NCBI GenBank assembly: GCA_021323865.1
Contig: JAJPKF010000020.1
Span: 257,673 to 321,672, forward strand
Direction of reading: 5' to 3'
DNA length: 64,000 nt
Source: Pseudomonadota bacterium
Lineage (GTDB): Bacteria > Chloroflexota > UBA5177 > JAJPKF01
Below the pieces are notes generated by a model. That model worked only from the letters and a program-made list of their open reading frames with translations, did not search any database and was not told the origin of the DNA. Position numbers and translations under genes: made by a program. This document shows, piece after piece, positions 57,959-64,000 of this stretch (its first letter is position 1; each line of letters starts with the position of its first letter).

Positions 57959-58935
57959 AGATCCTCGTCACCGGGGGAGCTGGATACATCGGCAGCCATA
58001 CCTGCAAGGCGCTTGCGGCTGCCGGCATTGAGCCGGTCGCCCTCGACGACCTCAGCACCGGCTGGCGCGATCTGGTACGGTGGGGCCCCTTGGTCGAGGG
58101 AACCCTGGCCGATCGCGACTTCATCGCTTCGACGCTGCGGAAACACCACGTTGCCGGCGTCATCCACTTTGCCGCCAAGGCATATGTGGGCGAATCGGTA
58201 ACCAATCCTCGCGAGTACTTTCAAGCCAACGTCGTCAACACCCTCAACCTCTTGGCGGCGATGCTCGACGCGGGGGTCAGGCACATTGTCTTCTCGTCGA
58301 CGTGCTCCGTCTACGGCACATCCGCCGGTGTCCCCATACGCGAGGAAGAACCTCCGAAGCCGGTCAACCCATACGGGGAGTCGAAGCTCTTCGTCGAGCG
58401 CGTGCTGGGCTGGCACGAGCGCGCGTATGGCTTGAGCTGGATGGCACTGCGCTACTTCAACGCCGCCGGCGCGAGTCCGGATGGAGATATTGGGGAGAAG
58501 CATGAGCCCGAGACACATCTGATCCCGCTCGCGATCGCGGCCGCCCTGGGTGCAGAACGGCAGCTTGGCATCTTTGGAACCGACTACCCGACCCCCGACG
58601 GCTCAGCCGTTCGGGACTACATTCATGTCGACGACCTGGCAGCGGCCCATCTGCTGGCGCTCGAGCGTCTGCAGGGCGGGGGACAGAGTGGGCCGCTGAA
58701 TCTGGGGACCGGGAAGGGCCACTCGGTGCGCGAGGTGGTGCAGTCCGTCGAGAAGGTCAGCGGCCGAACGGTGCCGGTGGTCGAAATGGCGCGCCGTCCC
58801 GGAGACCCTGCGGAGCTGGTTGCCGACCCCAGCCGGGCGAGGGAACTTCTGGGCTGGGAGGCCAGGTATCAGGACCTCGACGGCATTGTCGAGAGTGCGT
58901 GGCGGTGGCAGAGCCGGGCAGAGCGCTCTGGCTAG
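57955..58935 (+). CDS. galE: UDP-glucose 4-epimerase
   Basis: ILVTGGAGYIGSH, PYGESK, LRYFNAAGA, PETHLIP, RDYIHV. Confidence 0.95.
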   Translation: MKILVTGGAGYIGSHTCKALAAAGIEPVALDDLSTGWRDLVRWGPLVEGTLADRDFIASTLRKHHVAGVIHFAAKAYVGESVTNPREYFQANVVNTLNLLAAMLDAGVRHIVFSSTCSVYGTSAGVPIREEEPPKPVNPYGESKLFVERVLGWHERAYGLSWMALRYFNAAGASPDGDIGEKHEPETHLIPLAIAAALGAERQLGIFGTDYPTPDGSAVRDYIHVDDLAAAHLLALERLQGGGQSGPLNLGTGKGHSVREVVQSVEKVSGRTVPVVEMARRPGDPAELVADPSRARELLGWEARYQDLDGIVESAWRWQSRAERSG

Positions 58936-59010
58936 TCGCCAGCGAATCCAACGCCCCAAGTGAGCCTTCCCGTCGGCGCCCGGACGCTCATCTATCCCCG
59001 CCGCAGGAGT

Positions 59011-59937
59011 CTACCCTGGGGACGGCGGGTCACGCCTCGGGAGGGTCGATCTCATCAGTCTCACCGCGGCACCCAAACGCTCGACCCCGGTGACGTCGCT
59101 CGGCTGGATCGTACAGACCAAGTGCGTGATCCCGGCGTCCGCAAACTCACCAAGCGCCTCCGCCACTTCCTCGACGGTGCCGGTAATTTGCGATTCACCG
59201 GGCTGACCCGACTCATTGTCGCCGAGGAGCGTCATGTCTGTGCCGGCCGTGAGTTGGACCGTGGCGGGATCGCGCCCGACGTCGCGACAGGCAACCAGGA
59301 ACGAGGCGTACAGAGACGAGACCGACGCGCCGTTCGCGTGTCCATTGGTGGTCCAAGCATCGGCGTAGGTGGCGGCAAGTCGGAGCATGCGCGGCCGCCA
59401 GGCGGCGATCCAGATCGGAAGCTGATCGCCTGAGGGCCCGCGGGGACGCGAAAAGGCGTCGTGGACTGAGTAGTAGGCACCCTCGAAATCGACATGTCCC
59501 TCCCGCATCAGGGGAATGATGATCCGAAGCGCCTCCTCGAACCGATCGACACGGTGATCAGTCGGATAGCCGAACATCTCGTGCTCGGTATCGTTGCACC
59601 CGGCGCCGAGCGCGAAGATCGAACGGCCGCCGCTAATCTCGTCGAGAGTAGATGCCATTCTCGCCAGGAGAGCCGGCGTTCGAAACGCCGTGCTGGCGAC
59701 CATTGGCCCAAGCTGGATGCGGGACGTGCACGCCGCGAGTCCGCTCAGAAATGTGAAGGCTTCCCAGCCGCCGATGTTGGGCCGGCCGGGCTCGTTGAAC
59801 AGGAAGTGATCCGCAAGCCAGAAGGAATCGAGGCCCGCATCCTCGGTCGCGCGCGCCATGTCCAGGATTTCGGCAAAGCGAGCGGTTCCGCGTCGGTGTC
59901 TTCCCTCGCCTTGGTCACCGACAACGCCGACTTGCAC
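59011..59937 (-). CDS. LLM class flavin/F420-dependent oxidoreductase
   Basis: DSFWLADH, LAACTSRIQLG, TLDEISGGR..ALGAG. Confidence 0.88.
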   Translation of the reverse strand: MQVGVVGDQGEGRHRRGTARFAEILDMARATEDAGLDSFWLADHFLFNEPGRPNIGGWEAFTFLSGLAACTSRIQLGPMVASTAFRTPALLARMASTLDEISGGRSIFALGAGCNDTEHEMFGYPTDHRVDRFEEALRIIIPLMREGHVDFEGAYYSVHDAFSRPRGPSGDQLPIWIAAWRPRMLRLAATYADAWTTNGHANGASVSSLYASFLVACRDVGRDPATVQLTAGTDMTLLGDNESGQPGESQITGTVEEVAEALGEFADAGITHLVCTIQPSDVTGVERLGAAVRLMRSTLPRRDPPSPG

Positions 59938-59985
59938 TCGTGCCCCTCAATCCGGCCACCGTTGTGAGCCTGTTCGCTCTCTTTC

Positions 59986-60660
59986 TTATCCGTCCTGCGG
60001 CGCAAGCGCCTTGCGCTGGACTCGCCGGCCGTACGCCATCGTCAGGGCAAATGTCCCAGCGAACATGCCGTAAAAGAGGACCTGCGACGCCACCAAGAAC
60101 GCGGATGTCGAGAGGATGAAGACAAGCGCCGCCCGAACGACGGCATCGCCGACAAAGGCCACGCCCCATGTGACGGTGATGACTCGCATGGCATGACGAA
60201 AGCTGGGATATTGCCAGAGGTCGTTCCAGTGTCGCCACCGTTCCGGATCTCCGCCGGTTGAGAACTTGCCGGCGATGTAAAACATCAGCGGCCGGCTTGT
60301 GAGTAGCGAGCCAAAGAAAATAAGGCCAAAGATCCCCGTGAAGACTGACTCCTTGAGGAGACTGAAACGCGGGTTTTGGGAGATGAGGCTTGCCGCGGCG
60401 CTGATGCCAATGAACAGCAGCGAGATCAAGGCAATCACGTCGAATTGACGAGTTCGGATCCAGTCCCAGATGCTGTATGCGAGCGGAAAGATGGAACCCG
60501 AAACCAAGGCCGGGACCTGGGAAACGCCACGAGCCGTGAGCACTTGATAGAGGATGATCGGCAGCGCCGCATTGACGACGAGATTGGGTATGAGGAACCG
60601 GATCAGACCTCGAGAAGAGGGCTGTTCGGGGTCTCGAGCCAGAGATTCGGATTGAGGCAT
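59986..60660 (-). CDS. VC0807-family membrane protein (second copy)
   Basis: NPRFSLLKESVFTG.FG, RPLMFY, WNDLWQYPSFR. Confidence 0.75.
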   Translation of the reverse strand: MPQSESLARDPEQPSSRGLIRFLIPNLVVNAALPIILYQVLTARGVSQVPALVSGSIFPLAYSIWDWIRTRQFDVIALISLLFIGISAAASLISQNPRFSLLKESVFTGIFGLIFFGSLLTSRPLMFYIAGKFSTGGDPERWRHWNDLWQYPSFRHAMRVITVTWGVAFVGDAVVRAALVFILSTSAFLVASQVLFYGMFAGTFALTMAYGRRVQRKALAPQDG

Positions 60661-60834
60661 CAACTCGCGAGAAGGCCTGCCAAACGATGAAGAAGCAACT
60701 CTGGTCACCCGTGTGTGTTCGGTCCATCGGGTGCGCACCCGAACTCTGCTCTCATAGACCAGAGGCTCCGACCATCCAGTCGGAGCGCGGCCCGAGGTTC
60801 CCTTCGGAAAAGGTGGGTCGAGTCTCTTCGGCGC

Positions 60835-61158
60835 CTACTGCGAGGGCGTGGTCGGATTATCGTCGGCTTCGGCACCGTCCGGAATCTCGTCCATCTCTGA
60901 TTGGAGTCGGGCGACCGTCTGGTCGGTGTTCCGGACATCGATGTCACGGACCTGTTCGAACATTGGGTTCGGCCCGTGCAGCGCTGTCTCGACCATCCCG
61001 AGACCGGACGCCGCAGAGCTGCCCAATGGTCCGGCGCCCGGCCGCATGCCGAGGGCCATCTGCTCATCCTGCATCTGCTGAAGGTTGCCATCAACCTGAA
61101 CCGCCGCGATCTCGGTCTTCTTCCACAGTCGCCGCACCCGATTCCAAAGGGCTCCCAT
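60835..61158 (-). CDS. Small hypothetical protein
   Basis: MGALWNRVRRLWKK... 107 codons with plausible composition; no motif recognised. Confidence 0.45.
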   Translation of the reverse strand: MGALWNRVRRLWKKTEIAAVQVDGNLQQMQDEQMALGMRPGAGPLGSSAASGLGMVETALHGPNPMFEQVRDIDVRNTDQTVARLQSEMDEIPDGAEADDNPTTPSQ

Positions 61159-61437
61159 TACCGCCGGCTCCCGTCGCTCTCGTGCCGAACGGACAATATG
61201 TTCGGCCGTGACGCATTCTAGTCGCCCGCGCCTCGGCGGCGAATCGTTTGCCGGGTGCACTGCCGGCCGCCCATAGGTGGCGAGACAGGTTGTCTTTGGC
61301 CTGCCTTTCGCTCGGACCCTGAACTGAGCCTGACGCCGAGCCTTGGAGGGCCACCCTGTGCAACTGCCCACCCACTAAGGCTGCTGGAGAGAATATGACA
61401 GATAGCCGGACGATGCTATACGAGGAGAACCCCGGGC

Positions 61438-62487
61438 GTGACCCTCGATCGCAAGCCGCCGTCCAAAGATACCGGGCAGCAGACCGGACAGTCGCGTAAT
61501 GAAAAGCACACTCCGCCCGGTCTGCCGGATATCTGGACGCTCCGAATGAGCTACATGGAATTCGAAGACATGGAGTACCCCCACTTCCACGTCGGCTACC
61601 TGACCCAGTTTGCGATCATGGCCTCTCCCACCGGCTGGTCGACCGAACGTCCGCCGGACTGGGTCGACGAACCGAGCAATACGACGCACTGGTCAATCTC
61701 CTGGCCTGTAGCCCCGCTTGGCGGCTTGTTCGTCCAGCCCGAGGGTACGGGGAGGTGGGCGACGAAGTTGGACGACCACGGCCGCTATCGGGTCGCGGGC
61801 ACGGTCGTCGCCGTGCCGAAGCGTGACTTCTTCTGGCAGGATGCGTGTGAATGTTGGTCTCCCATGCCGAATTGCCTGCTCGACTGCGGCATCGTGATCA
61901 TGGCACGGCTGTATCAACCGGGCGAGCACACCTACCGTGTGGACTGCGGGCAGACAGAGACTCGAGGCCTCCTGCGCCCCACAGTTGGCGACTTCGTCTC
62001 CGGGGAGGTGTTCCTGGACATTCACATTCCGGAACTGCGAGGAGTGCCTCCCTGCATCTATACCTGGAGAATCACTGGTCTCAAGGGCCGAGACAACGAG
62101 CACCTGACGTCCACAACCAAGGGAGAGACGGAGCTCGTGTCGGCCCGGTTGACCCGCGCAGAGCCGCTCCGCGAGCGAGATGATCTGGCGGTCGTGCTCT
62201 TGCCCATGTCTCCGGCACCGAGGCACGTGAGGCTCATCATGCAAGCGGCCGGGGTTGACCGGCATGAGTCGGAGCGGCTCTTGACGCAGGCGCCCGTCCC
62301 GCTTCGGTCACGCCTCACGCAGGACGAAGCACGCCGCCTGATGGCCAAGCTCGAGGAAGCCGGGATCCTGGCGGCTATCTCATACGTGCCCCGCCGGCCC
62401 TCGGGAAGGGATGTCCGGTTTAGACCCGGCAAAACGTGGGACTACGGCCCTGACGATTACATACCGCGGGTGACTTGGGAGCCGTGA
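61438..62487 (+). CDS. Hypothetical protein with a C-terminal ribosomal L7/L12-CTD-like segment
   Basis: GAGGAG upstream; ...ESERLLTQAPVPLRSRLTQDEARRLMAKLEEAGILAAI. Confidence 0.55.
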   Translation: MTLDRKPPSKDTGQQTGQSRNEKHTPPGLPDIWTLRMSYMEFEDMEYPHFHVGYLTQFAIMASPTGWSTERPPDWVDEPSNTTHWSISWPVAPLGGLFVQPEGTGRWATKLDDHGRYRVAGTVVAVPKRDFFWQDACECWSPMPNCLLDCGIVIMARLYQPGEHTYRVDCGQTETRGLLRPTVGDFVSGEVFLDIHIPELRGVPPCIYTWRITGLKGRDNEHLTSTTKGETELVSARLTRAEPLRERDDLAVVLLPMSPAPRHVRLIMQAAGVDRHESERLLTQAPVPLRSRLTQDEARRLMAKLEEAGILAAISYVPRRPSGRDVRFRPGKTWDYGPDDYIPRVTWEP

Positions 62488-62943
62488 CTCGCTCTGTAAG
62501 GGGATAATCCGGCTTCCAGGTCCGCGCCTCTCTTCGTTCCGCCTGGCTCGGAACTGTTGGCCACATTGGGCCTTTAGGCGGCTCCAACTCGGTGGGCAGC
62601 TAGAAAGGCGAAGCGGATCATCAGTTGTTGGAGGGGATTTTCGCGTTCACGTTGCCCCAACAGCGAATAGTGCCGTCCGTGAGCCCGCAGGCGCTATCTC
62701 CACCGTTTCCGGCGCTGACCTGTGAGTATGTACCAGGGGGTGGAGAGTTCCGGCCGGCATAATTCCAGCCCCAGCACTTGGCTGTACCGTCGGCGGTAAG
62801 GCCGCAGGACAGTTGCCAGCCGGCCGAAACCTGCGTGAAGGTGCCGGCTGCTGGATCGGACTGTCCCTGCGAGTCGGCTGACTGTGTCCAGGCTCACAGA
62901 GCGAGGCGAACCCACGCATGGCCCGGCGTTCTAGGCTCGTACT

Positions 62944-63510
62944 GTGGACGCATGGTTGAACCGGCTTCGGGCGGTGATCCCCTCGCTGGTCCGGCCGGGC
63001 TTTCTGCTGGGCGGTGTGGCGCTCGTCGGGGTCGGGGTGAGCGGATTGCTGAGCGCGTTGATGGCCGCCGTCTTCGGCGCCGCCTCTGTGACGGGAGACA
63101 TTCCCGGAGATACCTACACGCCGGACCGCTGCGCGCAGCTCCTCCGCCTCGCCCACGCCTCGACCTGTGAACGGGCCGCCGTCCTCCATCACCTCGACGA
63201 GGTGACGACCAATCGTGTGGCAGCCGGCATGCTCGGGCTGTTCGTCCTCGGGCTGTGGGTGTGGCTCCGGCTCACCCGCGGCAACCGTCACCGGCCTGGA
63301 GTGCTGCCCGAGCGCTTCACGTCCACGGTCGGGGCCTCGCTATTCCTCCTGGCGGCGGCCCTCCTGATCCTCGACGGGCTGGGTCGTCTGGCCCTGGGAA
63401 CCCAGGCGGGAGCCGGCGCGTCACTGAGCGGTGGCATCGTCTCGGCCTTTTTGGGGGTCGCCTTCGCGGTCGCGTTCCTCCGGGATGTTCCCTCCGCTCC
63501 GCCTCCCTAA
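62944..63510 (+). CDS. Hypothetical membrane protein
   Basis: About 4 hydrophobic segments and a loop with two Cys. Confidence 0.6.
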   Translation: MDAWLNRLRAVIPSLVRPGFLLGGVALVGVGVSGLLSALMAAVFGAASVTGDIPGDTYTPDRCAQLLRLAHASTCERAAVLHHLDEVTTNRVAAGMLGLFVLGLWVWLRLTRGNRHRPGVLPERFTSTVGASLFLLAAALLILDGLGRLALGTQAGAGASLSGGIVSAFLGVAFAVAFLRDVPSAPPP

Positions 63511-63589
63511 GCCGCTTGGGTTTGGCTCCAGAGGTCCGGAACCAGCTCCCAGCGGGGTCCTACCGGCGAGAGATTGAAGGGCAACGGTC

Positions 63590-64000
63590 TCAGTGCAACG
63601 CGCTGCGGCTAAGCCGGAAACCGGTCCCGTCGTGGAGGTCTTCGTGGCTCCAGGCGCGAGCGGCTTCGGGCACCAGTCTCAGGATCCCGCTGCCGCTGGG
63701 GTCCGGGGCGAAACGACCGTACTTGGCATTCCAGACTTGAACAAGCCGCTTACCCTCCTCAACGGGAAGGGTCAGATCTTCAACCGTGCCATCGAGGATC
63801 ACCACCGCGTTGGTGCTTTCCAAGTGGACGGTCGCGTATGGGTTGACCGAGAGGTTACGGGACCACCTCGTGTGCGGATGTCCGTCGAAGTAGAGCATCT
63901 CATCGATCCAGATGCCCCAGACCGGTGTGGCGTGCGGTTTGCCGGTCCGGCCGGCCGTGACCAGCCAGTAGGCATGGCTTGCCTCGAGCTGGTGCTCGAC
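63590..64000 (-). CDS. Pyridoxamine 5'-phosphate oxidase-like protein (5' end outside the window)
   Basis: YWLVTAGRTGKPHATPVWGIW...RNLSVNP..TVHLES...V.LDG. Confidence 0.8.
   Translation of the reverse strand, partial: VEHQLEASHAYWLVTAGRTGKPHATPVWGIWIDEMLYFDGHPHTRWSRNLSVNPYATVHLESTNAVVILDGTVEDLTLPVEEGKRLVQVWNAKYGRFAPDPSGSGILRLVPEAARAWSHEDLHDGTGFRLSRSALH

Noticed and set aside
1-64000. tRNA, rRNA, riboswitch, IS or prophage elements
   Set aside because: None recognised by eye in the intergenic gaps. An Infernal/Rfam and ISEScan run would be needed to exclude them.

Overview
High-GC bacterial DNA, by gene content most like a soil Chloroflexota or Actinomycetota genome (inference). It is an accessory region of about 60 genes, and I saw no rRNA, tRNA, CRISPR array, transposase or integrase. 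The standout is a signalling locus at about 13.7-29.8 kb. It encodes a GAF-fragment/SpoIIE(PP2C)/RsbW-like kinase fusion, two STAS anti-anti-sigma proteins and a conserved hypothetical protein. These are followed by a mostly translationally coupled array of seven paralogous multi-pass membrane proteins plus the collapsed remnant of an eighth, a DUF6220 protein and a convergent SARP/BTAD-ATPase-TPR regulator. Every array member stops right after what reads as the first helices and first strand of a GAF domain, and the phosphatase begins with the missing remainder. This suggests a split-GAF system in which interchangeable membrane sensors dock onto one shared enzyme. The array also shows recent gene conversion (a 101-bp identical block and a 156-bp near-identical block). 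Other content: a heterodimeric ABC exporter, AraC/VOC and DinB detoxification genes, a decayed uvrA-like gene, secreted Phi-1-like and triple PA14-like proteins, TetR modules with visible operators, a GH5, an HD-GYP-LuxR regulator, and a glycan cluster (frameshifted GH2-GT2, ABC transporter, two phosphotransferases, GT, YdjC deacetylase, galE). All family calls come from motif recognition by eye, not database searches.
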